Source of the DNA: Octopus vulgaris
Lineage: Eukaryota
Direction: 5' to 3'
NCBI GenBank assembly: GCA_951406725.2
Contig: OX597832.1
Span: forward strand, 46,500,001-46,564,000
DNA: 64,000 bases
Part shown: positions 26,511 through 41,539 of the stretch, piece after piece
Layout of the letters: every line of letters begins with the position of its first letter
Position numbering within the stretch: the stretch's first letter is position 1
The notes under the pieces: model-generated
The model's database searches: none
The model's input: only the letters and a program-made list of their open reading frames with translations
Told to the model about the DNA's origin: nothing
Translations under genes and position numbers: made by a program

Positions 26511-27507
26511 CACGTCGTAAGACAGTTTCCGAAATAATGCGGTTGAAAAGCAAGTTCTTAAACACATAGCCATGTATGCATCTGTAGATAAACATTCTAC
26601 TTCCAAACCGGAAATGCAACAAAATCACTTTACAATGATTTCCGACATTTTAAGCGACACCAGTAGAGGAAATTAATATATTATCCAACTATGACACTAT
26701 TTCCTGAGAACATCGGCCGAGAAGCATAACATGTTCTCAAAGTTTCACTTCTTTTGGTTTAGTCGAACAACAGAATAAGCCGCGAATTCTAGTATCATAT
26801 ACATTCCATGTTTGGTATGAAAGCGTGTCTGTGTATCCAAATGTTCATCCCACTGTCTATACATAGATTTATACATACACATATACACATATTCATACGT
26901 ACATACATGCATACCTACATGCATTCATACATTTATACAGATATAATTGGGGTCTTTGATTTTTGGAACCACGCCTGTCAAGTTTATATTGCGTTTGGGA
27001 ATGGCATTAACATTTCAACATCACTTTTGCTTTGCTTGCTTCAGGTATATGTAATATCAGCATAGTTAGCCATCTGAGTAGTGTCATACATAATGTGAAT
27101 ACATCGTGAGAAAGGAGATTTACTGTAACATTCGTTCGAAGATAATAACACTTATGGACGTGCTGTGTTAAAAGCAAATAAAACAGTTATAGACGGAAAT
27201 CTTCTGGCAACAGCGCTGATAATGCTAGATTAGCATTTCTTCCTTGGTGTGCTTTGTCAGTAGCATATAGTCATTGCTAGGAAAAATTAAAAAAATATCC
27301 ATTGCTAGTGTTGTAATAAAATAGCTTCTGGACAATCACTGATGTTGCAACAAAACTCCTGGCTGAATTAAAACCTGTTATAGGCAACAGAAACGAAAGT
27401 AGGTTAAAATAGATATGTGTGTATCATATCTAAAATGCAAGCATAACAAACGAGTATAGCATCGGTAAAAAAGTGTATTTAACTGTACTCAACAGACACA
27501 TCGTTAG

Positions 27508-27608
<101 letters not shown>

Positions 27609-27795
27609 AAAGTAAATACATGGTACAACAAGGCACCGATATTTACTGGAAAATAGCAATCGTAATAAATACGACGCTATTGTATAGCTTCACTGCGTAA
27701 ATACTAGCAAAGACGCGTGTGTGAAACAAACATGACAAAAGTTTGTCTTACCTCAAGGAAGAACATCTGAAAAATGGAAAACCTAGAATCGGATA

Positions 27796-27866
27796 ATGCA
27801 GGGCCGGTTTCAGTCTCTTCAAATACGTTCGACAACGTAGATTTGATTTGTCTTCATCAGCTGCAT
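27796..27866 (-). ncRNA. type I hammerhead ribozyme, cleavage triplet mutated (GCC)
   Basis: Minus strand AUGCAG CUGAUGA [AGAC..UCAAA..UACGUU gucg AACGUA UUUGA..GACU] GAAAC CG GCC CUGCAU. Confidence 0.7.
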
Positions 27867-28975
27867 ATACCTAGACAATATTTCAAATGTTGCCACATCT
27901 ATGCCAGTACACTCGTCTGAACGCCAAAACGTTAACAGAACGATAACAGTGAAGAAGTTTCAATGAAAATAATAATGCAATACGAAAGTATTGCTTTCCA
28001 GTAAAAGATAGTCCGTAAGAGTAAAATTATACACATATATATATATATATGGAAAGTGTTCAGTGGAAGTATCACAGTTCAATATCAAAACTGAAGTAAA
28101 ACAGGAGTCACTACGTACTTATATATTAAATGTCATATTTTATATTACTTTCTCTGTTGTAGATTAAATAAACTACTTTTTTCAGGATTCAGTCGCAAAT
28201 CTAATACGGAAAACAATTCTCATTTTAGCAGCGTTCGTTTATTGGGATTGAAAGCTTTTTATATAAAATTGCAATTTCATGCTGTTAACAATGGCCAAAA
28301 ATATCAATGAGCGAATATTTGCTGTGTAATGAACGATTTCATGAGCCTTTCACAATTAAATTGCGATTTTAAATCATCGATTGAGACGAAACAATAAAAC
28401 AATGAATGCAGTTAAACTAAGAGAAAAAGATATTCTCGAATTATTCAATATTCTTCTGCCATTATGGAACCTTTATAAATTAAAACCAGCGTGAATATAC
28501 AGCTGATTAAATACAAATATTTCCTGAAATTGCAATATATTGTTTAATTTAGAATTAAAAAAAAAGAAGAAGAAAAAGCAAGGCAAACAATAATGTAGCA
28601 AAGAAAGGCATAGGAAAATATGTATTACATGGAATGGAGAAGAGCGTATTATAGATAGAAATGAGTTTATTTTATTCGTTATTATATTTTATCTTATGCG
28701 ATGCGAAAAATTATGGACTGTTCATTTTATTTATAATTCTACGCAGAGAAAGACACATATTCTAGCACAATCACACGTTTCTTTCTCTTTCTTTCTTTCT
28801 TTCTTTCTCTGCGCGCTCTCTATTTCCCCTCATCTCCTCCTTTCTCTCTCAGTTTGTATACATGAGCACATTTGTGCGAGTGCTTGTGCGTGCGTATATA
28901 TGTGTGTGCTTGTACGTGTTCATAAATACATGTATACTATGTAGAGATTTATGTATTGATTACGCATATGCATGT

Positions 28976-29015
<40 letters not shown>

Positions 29016-29024
29016 ATGTATATA

Positions 29025-29112
<88 letters not shown>

Positions 29113-29542
29113 TATATATATATATACACATATATAACATATATATACACATATAATATATATATACGTATATATATATTTATACAATTATATGCCTGTA
29201 TGTTTATGCATATGTACATATGTTTGTGTGTGTGTATACATTCACACATGTGTATTATTTTTATATATGCAAACACTTTCACGTACGTGTTAGTTTGTGT
29301 TTGAGCAGCAAATTTCTGATTTGTATACAGCAGCAAAGCTAAAAATTACACAATACAAGAAATGACAAAATATTGCACTAATCCATTTATTCTAACCTGT
29401 TCACCTATCCTCCTCCTCCTCCGCTGGTGTCAGAGATAAACATCATTATCACAGCGTATCTACAGTGTAAGTGAAAATACGCATGAACGACGTTCTGGTG
29501 GATAGCCATGATACATACATACAAACACACCCACACACACTC

Positions 29543-29786
29543 TTATCTTTACTTGTTTCATTCATTGTACAGCGGTCATGCTATGATGCTGCCTGGAATA
29601 GTTTAGTCGAACAGAGAGGCTTCTTGCAGTTTCCCTCAACCAAATTTACGCATAAGGCTTTAATCGGGCACAGCGGCTATAGTAGAAGCTTGCCCCATGT
29701 GTTAACAGTGTGCAATTATGCTCAGAATTGAACTCAGAACTCAATAGTTGGGAAGCAAACTGCCTCCCACACAGCTGAGACTGAGC

Positions 29787-29870
<84 letters not shown>

Positions 29871-30194
29871 ATATAAATACGTAAGAGTGGCTGTATGGTA
29901 AGTAGCTTGCTTACCAATCATATGGTTCTGGGTTCAGTCCCACTGCGTGGCACCTTGGGCAAGTGACTTCTACTATAGCCTCGAGCCGGCCAATGCCTTG
30001 TGAGTGAATTTGTTTGATGGAAATTGAAAGAAGCCCGTGGTATATATGTATATATATCCATATGTATGTGTGTGTATATGTTTGTGTGTCTGTGCTTTTC
30101 CCCCAACATTGCTTGACAACCGATGCTGGTGTGTTTACGTCGCCGTAACTTAGCGGTTCGGCAAAAGAAAACCGATAGAATAATTACTAGGCTT
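29543..30194. mobile_element. two family A SINEs head-to-head around a (TA)n(TG)n tract
   Basis: Degenerate minus copy 29543-29788; plus copy 29882-30194. Confidence 0.8.
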
Positions 30195-30335
30195 GCTTTC
30201 GTTCTTTGGTTCTAATCTGATTCCGTATATGTATTATGTTTCTCTGTATTTAACTCTCTTGTTATCGATGCATTCCATTTTGTTTTTATTTCATATATGA
30301 GTCAGTCCCTACTCTTTTATCCTTTATTGCTTGTA

Positions 30336-30563
30336 TACTCTTTACTCTTTTACTCTTTTACTTGTTTCAGGCATTTGACTGCGGCCATGCTGGAGCACCG
30401 CCTTTAATCGAGCAACTCGACCCCGGGACTTATTCTTTTGTAAGCCTAGTACTTATTCTATCGGTTTCTTTTGCCGAACCGCTAAGTTACAGGGACGTAA
30501 ACACACCAGCATCGGTTGTCAAGCAATGCTAGGGGGACAAACACAGACACACAAACACACACA

Positions 30564-30641
<78 letters not shown>

Positions 30642-30810
30642 TATACGACGGGCTTCTTTCAGTTTCCGTCTACCAAATTCACTCACAAGGCTTTGGTCGG
30701 CCCGAGGCTCTAGTAGAAGACACTTGCCCAAGGTGCCACGTAGTGGGACTGAACCTGGAACTATGTGGTTGGTAAGCAAGCTACTTACCACACAGCCACT
30801 CCTGCGCCTG
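30336..30810 (-). mobile_element. SINE family A, full length
   Basis: Complete head, microsatellite and (TACTCTTT)n tail. Confidence 0.92.
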
Positions 30811-30811
30811 T

Positions 30812-31262
30812 ATGTGAAGAATTCTTTCAATCTATTGACCAATGCTGGCTGTTGTTGTCGGAGTTTCTTATGCATTTTCCTCCATTTGCTGACAATACTT
30901 CTCCGCCGTAACGGTTTCGTCTGGATCCAAAAAGCTGTGATGGATGAGACCGGCTCCATACCACCACACAGTAACCATGACCTTCTTCTGGTGCAAATTT
31001 GGTTTCAGAAAGGGCCGTAGAGCTTCGTCGGCGTCCAGTCACTGAGCTGAGCGTCGTCGGTTGTCGTAAAGAATCCACTTTTCATCGCAAGTCACAATCC
31101 GGTCGAGAAGCGGGTCGTTCTTGTTGCGTAAAAGAAAGGCAGACGACACTTCAAAACGGCGTTTTTTTTTTGTTTTTTTGTCGTTAAGTTCATGCGGCTC
31201 CAATTTCTCAAGTATTTTTGCCTTTCCAATCTCTTTCAAGTGGTCGGAAATTGTCGTATACG
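30812..31262 (-). pseudogene. mariner transposase internal fragment (Hsmar1/cecropia-like)
   Basis: EPHELN..RRFEVSSAFLLRNKNDPLLDRIVTCDEKWILYDNRRRSAQ*..KPNLHQKKVMVTVWW..TVTAEKYCQQM. Confidence 0.92.
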
Positions 31263-31827
31263 TTTATTTTGGAGGCGGATGAAATACTACTCTAACAAAA
31301 AGATAATTATGTTGTTAGTGAAATAATCGAAATGGTAAGTAAAACAAAAATGGCGTACTTATTTGAAAAGTCGCCTAGGAGACACATCTGTACTTATAAT
31401 GCATGACAATTGATTACACAGCACCTCACCGGTAAGGTAAGGGTGCATTTTGAGTGAAAATGGCTGCAGTAGTTTTGATTAAAGAATCTCGTGAATTCCA
31501 ATTTTTGTATCTCCTCTTTTTATATACACACTCTTATATACCGGTGTATGAGTGTATGCGTACATTGTGTGTATACATATGAATTTATATATAAATAGAA
31601 ATCCATTATAACTATGTACACAGAAGCACGCACACAAGTGTATGCTTGTGTGTGGTGTGTGTGGGCGTGTGTGTGTGTATATATATGTGTGTTTGTGTAT
31701 AAATATATGTATGTGTATGTGTATGTATATATGTATATATATATACATATATATATATGGGTGTTTGTGTGTATATATATATGTGTGTGTATGTGTATGT
31801 ATATATGTATATATATACATACATAAG

Positions 31828-31896
<69 letters not shown>

Positions 31897-32280
31897 GTGT
31901 TTGTATATCCGTATGTGCACGTGAGTGTGTGTATTTGCTGAAGGGATACATGATTTGAGAGAATGTATAACGATGTTATTCCTTGTTGTCCTCAAGAGGA
32001 GCAGATGTTTCTATCAAATACTAAAAGAAATACACAGCTAGTAAACAGTACATAGAATTAAGATAATCCTTGATTAGGACTTATGCCAATTTAAATCTTA
32101 AAGTTGGCGAAACCATCACAAAAACACAAATCTATTAAACTGGGTTTATGCTTATGAAATTGCTTTTCACGTAACGTGTCCATATAATCTTTGCATGCTG
32201 ATTTCAATCCTGGCTTTAGAATCTGAGCACCCCGTGATACATACCTTTTGCAGAAATGAATATCAGTGCATGACATATGC

Positions 32281-32364
32281 GTGGAGGCACATGGCCTAGT
32301 GGTTAGAGCAGCGGTCTCGCGGTCGAGGGATCGCGGATTCGAATGTCAGACCGGGCGATGTGTG
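32281..32364 (+). mobile_element. SINE family C tRNA-like head only
   Basis: GTGGAGGCACATGGCCTAGTGGTTAGAGCAGCGG..GGATTCGAATG. Confidence 0.8.
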
Positions 32365-32367
32365 ATA

Positions 32368-32498
32368 GAATTTTGTCATTGAACAGGTCGCGGTCTTAAA
32401 GCGACGAATATATTTTGGCAAATAAAATTTAAATGTTGAAGTGAATCTAACGGTTTTTGTGTGTTTCTTAAATGGCTTATAAACACCTTCCACGCTGC
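32368..32498 (+). mobile_element. Penelope-like fragment, family P3 (HHR variant 32372-32422)
   Basis: UUUGUCA UUGAACA G GUCGC ggucuuaaa GCGAC GAAU AUAU UU UGGCAAA. Confidence 0.6.
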
Positions 32499-32724
32499 AA
32501 AATAAATAAATAAATAAATAAATAAATAAATCGATAAGGAAAAGCAACAAAAGTTACATTGTTACAATCCAATATTTCATCCTATTTAGGCGGCGAGCTA
32601 GCGGAATCGTTAGCGCGCCGGACAAAATACATTTCATCCGTCTTTACGTACTGAGTTCAAATTGCGTACAAGTCGACTATGTTTTTCATCATTTTCATGG
32701 TCGATAAATGAAGTCCCGATTAAG

Positions 32725-32815
<91 letters not shown>

Positions 32816-32829
32816 TATAGATAGATAGA

Positions 32830-33082
32830 TATCATGTGATCATGTGACCGACCACACATCGCTGGTCACAATGCGTTCGCTAAGCGAGCAGGCCAGCAGA
32901 AGAAGGAGTGGGACAAAGAGTGGTGGAAGAGTACAGCAGGGATCACCAACCCCTGCTTGAGCCTCGTGGAGCTTTTAGGTGTTTTTGCCCAATAAACACT
33001 CACAAGGCCCGGTCTGGGAATCGAAACCGCCATCCTACAACCGCGAGTCCGCAGCCCTAACCACTGGGCCATTGCGCCTCCA
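32830..33082 (-). mobile_element. SINE family C with tail type 2
   Basis: tRNA(Arg)-like head plus shared body plus CACATGATCACATG tail end. Confidence 0.88.
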
Positions 33083-33083
33083 T

Positions 33084-33145
<62 letters not shown>

Positions 33146-33181
33146 CATATATATATACTATATATATACATATATATATAC

Positions 33182-33213
<32 letters not shown>

Positions 33214-33234
33214 GATTTTCTTCTTTGTTTGGAT

Positions 33235-33570
<336 letters not shown>

Positions 33571-33607
33571 TATGTATGTATGTGTATATATATGTATATA
33601 TATATAT

Positions 33608-33822
33608 TCTTTTATTCCTTTGTTCTTTTATTCTTTTATTTGTTTCACCGCGGTCATGCTGGAGCACCGCCTTTAGTCGAGCAAATCGTGCCCAGGACTT
33701 ATTCTTTGTAATCGTATTACTTATTCTAACGGTCTTTCTTGCCGAACCGCTAAGTGATTGGGACGTAAACACACCAGCATCGGTTGTCAAGTGATGTTCG
33801 GGAGACAAACACAGACACATCA

Positions 33823-33862
<40 letters not shown>

Positions 33863-34047
33863 CCACACACATATATATATACATATATACGACAGGCTTC
33901 TTTTAATTTCCGTCTATCAAATTCTCTCACAAGGCTTTGGTCCGCCCGAGGCGGCTATACTAGAAGACACTTTGCCCAAGCTGCCACGCAGTGGGACTGA
34001 ACTCAGAACCCTGTGGTTGGTAAGCAAGCAACTTACCTCTCCTATAT
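33608..34047 (-). mobile_element. SINE family A
   Basis: Reverse complement of family A. Confidence 0.88.
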
Positions 34048-34071
34048 ACACTCCTGTACATATATAAATAT

Positions 34072-34109
<38 letters not shown>

Positions 34110-34645
34110 CCTACATATATATATATATATATTGTATTGTTTATATATTTAATATTGGAGTATCTGCACTTATGTGTATGCGTGTTTGTGTGTGTCTTTC
34201 GATGTATCTACGTAGGTGTGTGTCAGAGACTCATAAATATCTACTGACTCATATACATACAAATCATAAATTCTGAAACAACCATTTATAATATATCAGA
34301 AACGATGTCAAAATATGTTAACAATTCATTTATTAAATATGCTAAAACAAATATCTGCTCCGATGACTGCAGTGTGTTCACGTGAAGTTTAACGCGACCG
34401 AAGTGCGAAGAAAGCATTGAACGGAGGTTAGTTGTTATGGAAGGAAGGAATTGGCTACAGAGCGATAATGAACTTTCAAGACGAGCTGACGAACAAAAAA
34501 GTTATGTTCTATTTGGATTTATCCCAGATTAAATATACTATCTTATCTCACATATATTCAATGGATTTCGTGTAAATCGTTCCCCTTCTTATTTTGTATG
34601 CGTCTTCTTCCTTTGTATAGCAAAACGTGTTTCCGTGTATGTGTT

Positions 34646-34682
<37 letters not shown>

Positions 34683-34685
34683 TAT

Positions 34686-34738
<53 letters not shown>

Positions 34739-35077
34739 GTTGTATGCGTCTGTTGTATATGTATATAAATATAAATATACATTATATGTATGTATATACG
34801 TGTATATATATATATGTATATAAATACATATATATATACATTTATATACCTATGTATAAAATATATATATTTATGTATATGTATACAAACACATAGATAT
34901 GTGTGTGTGTGTGTGTGTGTATACATGTCCTCATCATGTGGGATTTGTGCACATATTCACTCATACATACACGCATATCTATACATTATGAGTTATACGT
35001 TTTCAGATACGTTTCTATTTGTGCATCTTTTAAGTTGCTGGTTATCTATGGTTCTTTATTTTACGCTAGTAAATACG

Positions 35078-35122
<45 letters not shown>

Positions 35123-35163
35123 ATTAGTATATATATATATATGTGTGTGTGTGTATATATATA

Positions 35164-35200
<37 letters not shown>

Positions 35201-35222
35201 TTCTATATATATATTCATATAC

Positions 35223-35257
<35 letters not shown>

Positions 35258-35639
35258 CATGTATGGCAGATAGACTAAGCAAGAAAGAGGGGGGAGCAGA
35301 AACAGTGAGTAAAAGATTGTGCGTAAGACTGTCTTAATGTGCGGGTGTAATGGTGTGAACGCAATATATATTATGGCAATTAGAAAATACCATTCTTTGG
35401 CTGGTTTCCTGTCTGCCTCAAAATCTTCGTACTAATCTTATAAATCCGGAGCCACAAACATCTCAGTTTCTGTAATAATTCTTTAGTTAACAAACGTTGC
35501 AATATGTGCGTGCATGTATGGCAGATAGACTAAGCAAGAAAGAGAGACTAAGCAAGACTACACTAATTTCTCAATTTTACTCATTTACAGACACACATGC
35601 ACATAACTTACACACGCATATATATATATATAAACACAT

Positions 35640-35675
<36 letters not shown>

Positions 35676-35676
<1 letters not shown>

Positions 35677-35945
35677 GTTAAAGTTAATCCAAACCAGAAA
35701 ACAAAAAGACAACAACGCAAGGATGTGGAACAAATAAAGTATTATTGGACGCTCAGGAAAGAAGGCAAGAAGGAGGGTTTGACGTTTCGAGCGGAGCTCT
35801 TCGTCGGAAACATAGGAGAAGGAAAGATCCCGAGAAGGGAAGAGAGAGGGAAAAAAATCGCTAGTGATACAGACGAGGTCACATACTAAAAGGCGGAAGT
35901 GGTGAAGGTAGATGAAAATGTTTTCAAAAAACAGGAGAGCTATAT
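35676..35945 (-). mobile_element. Penelope-like pLTR fragment, family P2 (HHR 35777-35811)
   Basis: Minus strand GUUU CCGACGA A GAGC ucc GCUC GAAAC GU C AAAC. Confidence 0.7.
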
Positions 35946-35970
35946 CAAAGACGGAATGGTAAATACATAT

Positions 35971-36250
35971 ATACCGTAAATACTCGAGTATAATCCGCAT
36001 TTTTTCCCCAAAGTTTAAAGATCAAAATCCCTAGTGCGTATTATATACGAGGTTAAAAATGAAAAATATCTTCTAAGCAGTGTCCGAGACTCTGTTTGCT
36101 GTCCGGCAATGTTTATTCAGACGCATTTTGTGATGTCGGTCGCGAAAATACCTTTAGCTAAGCCTGAAAGCAATGAAGTCATAAAAGAACCATCCATAAC
36201 ATGCAGTAAGCAACATTTATTAAAATAAAAGTATTCAGAGCACAGAATAA
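35971..36250. mobile_element. Tc2/pogo-like DNA transposon end
   Basis: TA+CCGTAAATACTCGAGTATAATCCGCA..TGCGTATTATATACGAG, a terminus pattern typical of Tc2-type elements; no partner TIR seen. Confidence 0.55.
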
Positions 36251-37404
36251 CATACATACATACATACATACATACATACATACATACATACATACATACA
36301 TACATACATGCATACATACATACATACATACATACGTGGAATGCAATACATTATATATATATCATATTTACTTTTTTATAAGTGGATCGGTAATGTTTCT
36401 GAGCAAGCCAATGTTTTCGTGTGATACTTAAAATATTTTTGAAGATCATATGAAAAAGTCTTCCGGCACAGAAATGGATAGCATTCCATGAGATCTGCTT
36501 GATTTTTTAAAAATAGTTACGTTTTGTACATTATGATATACGAATATCTAATGTATATATACATATGTGTGTGTGTGCGTGTGTGTGTGTGTGTGTGTGA
36601 GTGTATTTTTCCCTTGTTACCTTGCGTTTAACTCCATATATAAATATAATATTCCTACTTGATATTTCTTTGCTTCCAAAGTGCATTTTAGTAGTGAAAT
36701 ATTAATATATCAATGAGCTAAACGCAGGCTCTCTTTTCGGAGTATAAGTTATCATAAAACACGAATTTAAATACAAGAGATATTATAACAAAATATAGAG
36801 TTTATCTAATCAAACATATTATTATATGTATTACGAAGAGAATAATACAGAATATTCTGTAATATGAAGAGAATTTTTTAAAGCAATAAATGTGATATTG
36901 AACAGTTTTATATCAACAGTATAAGAATACCCTGAATTTATTATAGAACCTTGGAGAATATTTGGTGAATGTTTCCTGTGGAAAATTTCATATAAACATT
37001 CATGTGGTAGAATGCACAAATGCTCTGACAGATGCATTATTATATCTCTATGAATGGCAAATGTTAGAGCTACAACCACGTTCTACGCTCTTTGTCGAAC
37101 GGGTTTAAGAAAACTCGACGTAGTCATTCAGAGTCGATCAAAGTTGATACTACTTTGGTAAAAATAAGAGGAATCCTTCAGTTAATGATAACATGTCAAA
37201 TATTTGAAAAAAAATCTATATAGCTTCAGGTATGGCTATGAGAGGGACAGGAAAGGATTTGTGGTTAAAGAAGCGCGATTTGCAACCTCTGCCCTCGGGT
37301 TCAGTGCTACTTTATGCAAGTGCCTTCTACTGCTACTACTCCCGATTGATCACTGACTTGTGAGCAAATACCGAAGAGGGAAGGAATACTGTATATATAT
37401 ATAT

Positions 37405-37661
37405 ATCACCGTGATCACCGTGACCGACCAGGTTATCAGATGTTGCTACACATCGCTGGTCACAATGCGCTTCGCATTGTTTTAGCCTTCAAATGACGCC
37501 ACCCCGCTGGCTAAGCGAGCAGGCCAACAGAAGAAAGAGTGAGAGAAAGTTGCGGCGAAAGAATACAGCAGGAATCGCCACCACCCCCTGCAGGGTCCTC
37601 GTGGAAGCTTAGGTGTTTTCGCTCAATAAACACTCACAACGCCCGGTCTGGGAATCGAAAC

Positions 37662-37665
<4 letters not shown>
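37405..37665 (-). mobile_element. SINE family C with tail type 2 (head truncated)
   Basis: Shared body plus tail 2. Confidence 0.88.
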
Positions 37666-37731
<66 letters not shown>

Positions 37732-38377
37732 AAATAAGCAACAGGATATCCTTGTTTCCTATTTTGATTTTAATCACCTTACTTTGAAATTGTATGGATA
37801 ATACCGTACTAAATTCTGGTGCCTCAAATTGAATACCATATTCATCTGAGATAGTTTTTGGGGAAAGAGTCAGAGAAGTTCGCTTTTACCTTCTGCCGGA
37901 GCCGCATGGAGCTGTAGGTGTTTCGCTCATAAACACACACATCGCGCAGTCTGAGATTCGATCCGGCAATCCCTCGACCGCATATCCGCTGCGGTACTGC
38001 ATTGCCATAAGAGTTAAAATTGGAATAGAAGCTGGTTGTCTATACTATTCTTAGTAAATAAGAAAGAAAAGGATCATGGCGTGAAATAGTTAATCCCCAG
38101 ATATAAACCCTGTCACACATACTAATTAACAGTAGATTTTCACGTCTCTGTTCTGCGGCGGCTGACACATTCCTGAATGACAGACGTCTTTATAACGTAA
38201 GATTCGTAACGTAAGGGAGTGGAAGGAAAATCAGAGATAGAGAGAGAGATCAATAATTCGCTTAAAGAACTTTCGAATATAATACATAAAAATGAAAAGT
38301 AAATCATAGATCGCTATCGCGCTCGCCATATTAATAACAACAACAACAACAACAAAAACAACAACAACAACAACAAC

Positions 38378-38428
<51 letters not shown>

Positions 38429-38969
38429 TGCCAGAAACACAAGAATATATATTAACCAAAAAAAATTGCTAAACTTATCTCAAATCCCCATCACGACTAT
38501 GTTCGTGCGTGTATGTGTGTGTATGTTTGCGTGTGCTTGTATGTTCGTGTGCGTGTGTATGTGTGTGAGTGTGTGAGTGTGTATGTGTGTGTATGTTTCA
38601 TGTTTGTGTGTGTGTGTGTGTGTTCAAGATCCTCTGTCACTGCTTCTATAAAAGTACTCATCATTTTACTTTTTTTGATCCGTTAAAGAAATTCCCTTCA
38701 TAATTCTCCGTGTCTAAAAGTTAGATGAGATAAACTTCTATCACAATCGTATGATTTGCTCTTACTTATCACATTATTATCGTTATTACTATTACTATTA
38801 TTATTATTATTAGTAGTAGTCGTATTATTATTATTAGTATTATCACTATCGTTGTAGTTGTTTCATTTCCCTTACTTTGCAACGCGTTCTGCAGATATTA
38901 TCAGTGAAGTCCTATCGGCAGAACATGGCGCCAATGAGTGTCTGAAATATAAATTGACTTTCATTAAAT

Positions 38970-39057
38970 ATTGCTGCTGCTCCCACCTCTGCTGCTGCTG
39001 CTGCTAGTACTACTACTGCTACTACTACTGCTACTACTACTGCTGCTACTACTGCTG

Positions 39058-39093
<36 letters not shown>

Positions 39094-39123
39094 TATTACT
39101 ACTACTACTACTACTACTACTAC

Positions 39124-39155
<32 letters not shown>

Positions 39156-39276
39156 TAATAATAATAATAATAAAATAATAATAATAATAATAATAAAATA
39201 ATAATAATAATAATAATAATGATAATAATAAAATAATAATAATAATGATAATAATAATAAAATAATAATAATAATG

Positions 39277-39331
<55 letters not shown>

Positions 39332-39367
39332 TGGTGATGATGATGATGATAATGATAATAATAATAA
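38970..39367. repeat. compound (GCT)n/(ACT)n/(AAT)n microsatellite
   Basis: Direct reading. Confidence 0.95.
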
Positions 39368-39594
39368 TCTTGTTTACTAAAGGTACAAGGCCTGAAATTT
39401 TGAAGGTGGGACTCGTCATCACGTGAACACCAGTGTTTCACTGGTACCTAATTTATCGATCGGAAAGTTTGACTCGCAAAAAAGTGTACGAATTGTTCAG
39501 ACATTTCCAAGGTGGTCTTAAAATTGTCGATATTGACGAACGTTCTCGGAGACCAGCAACCAGCAGTCCACTCAGCTGGTAAAAATGAGAAACG

Positions 39595-39692
39595 CTGCGA
39601 TGGACTGGCGTCCCGTCCAGCTGGGGAACACATACGCCATTGAAACCGGGAAACCGGGCCCATGAGTCTGGCTAGGCTTTAAAAGGGCGCAT
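39595..39692 (+). mobile_element. 3' fragment of a fourth SINE (V/Meta-SINE-like block)
   Basis: CTGCGATGGACTGGCGTCCCGTCCAG, a block common to many metazoan SINEs. Confidence 0.55.
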
Positions 39693-39711
39693 TTATTAAT
39701 TTTTTTTTATA

Positions 39712-39853
39712 TAAGCGCAGGAGTGGGTGTGTGGTAAGTAGCTTGCTAACCAGCCACATGGTTCCGGGTTCAGTCCTACTGCCCATCTTGGGCAAGTGTC
39801 TTCTGTGTGCCTTGTGAGTGGATTTGGTAGACGGAAACTGAAAGAAGCCTGTC

Positions 39854-39940
<87 letters not shown>

Positions 39941-40162
39941 TGTGTATTTGTGTGTCTGTGTTTGTCCCCCTAGCATTGCTTGACAACCGATGCTGGCGTG
40001 TTTACGTCTCCGTCAGTTAGCGGTTCGGCAAAAAGAGACCGATAGAATGAGAACTGGGCTTACAAAGAATATGTCCTGGGGTCGATTTGCTCGACTGAAG
40101 GGGGTGCTCCAGCATGGCCGCAGTCAAATGACTGACACAATTAAAAGAGTAAAAGAGTAAAA
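39712..40162 (+). mobile_element. SINE family A
   Basis: Full copy with small internal deletions. Confidence 0.9.
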
Positions 40163-40363
40163 AAAGGGAGTAAAGAATATGCATAATTTAATTTTTAAAA
40201 AATGAGCTAAGCGACATAACTCGGAGTCTCCAATGAGAGATATTTGAACAATATAGTAAAATACAGTAAAACATCTTGATTTATTAAAATTATTTATAAC
40301 TCTAGAGACTCAATAATAATTACTAATATACATGCTTAGATACATACGTGCATACACACAAAC

Positions 40364-40748
40364 GTGGATGCGCAATGGTCCAGTGGTTAGGGCAGCGGAC
40401 TCGCGGTCGTAGGATCGCGGTTTCGATTCCCAGACCGGGCGTTGTGAGTGTTTATTGAGCGAAAACACCTAAAGCTCCACGAGTCTCCGACAGGGGATGG
40501 TGGTGATCCCTGCTGTACTCTTTCGCCACAACTTTCTCTCACTCTTACTTCCTGTTTCTGTTGTACCTGTATTTCAAAGGGCCGGCCTTGTCACTCTCTG
40601 TGTCACGCTGAATATCCCCGAGAACTGCGTTAAGGGTACACGTGTCTGTGGAGTGCTCAGCCACTTACACGTTAATTTCACGAGCAGGCTGTTCCGTTGA
40701 TTCGGATCAACCGGAACCCTCGTCGTCGTAACCGACGGAGTGCTTCCA
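40364..40748 (+). mobile_element. SINE family C with tail type 1, full length
   Basis: TGGTCCAGTGG A-box, GTTTCGATTCC B-box; nearly identical to 58802-59185. Confidence 0.92.
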
Positions 40749-41271
40749 AATCCAATACACACAAACAGACACACGTATATGTGCATGCGTGTATATACGT
40801 TTGTATGCATGAGTGAGTGTAGTCAACTGGTTTTGCTTTTTTTTCTTCTTCATACTTCTATAATTTGCAGCAAATAATAATATTCAATTAATATGAGAAT
40901 TACCGATATTTATATACAGAATTTTCATAGTAACAAAAGTTTAAAGATCTAATGGCTCGGGGCCATTGTTCAGCTGTTCTTAAGTAATATGAGTTACATT
41001 ATAGCTACAGCAAGTAGCAGATTTTTTCAACGACTGAACATCATTTTCATGGACTAAAATGATAATGAGGTGAACTGAATGTTTAAACCATTGTATAGAA
41101 TTCATTTTCTACTTCGCGGAGAATGTACCGCACACACACATACATACATATGTATATGTATAAGGAAGTTGGTAGTGAGAATATCTAAATATATATATAT
41201 ATATATAAGTAGGTGAATGAATTATCCTAGTATGGATAAAATCGTCGTTCGACTCCATTCTCTCATTTACT

Positions 41272-41311
<40 letters not shown>

Positions 41312-41352
41312 TATATGTTCACACACTTACACGCGCATATATATACATATAT

Positions 41353-41407
<55 letters not shown>

Positions 41408-41539
41408 CAGTCAGTTGATGGGCTACACTACCTCAAATGTTCTTAAAATTGAAATCCACATCTTTGTCTATATATCTACCTTCTCTATAATGTTGCCACT
41501 TGATATCAAAATTTTTGTAATAATGGAAAACCTCTATAA

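Noticed and set aside
31265-31525. Possible Tc1/mariner terminal sequence ending in TA
   Set aside because: No partner TIR or coding similarity seen
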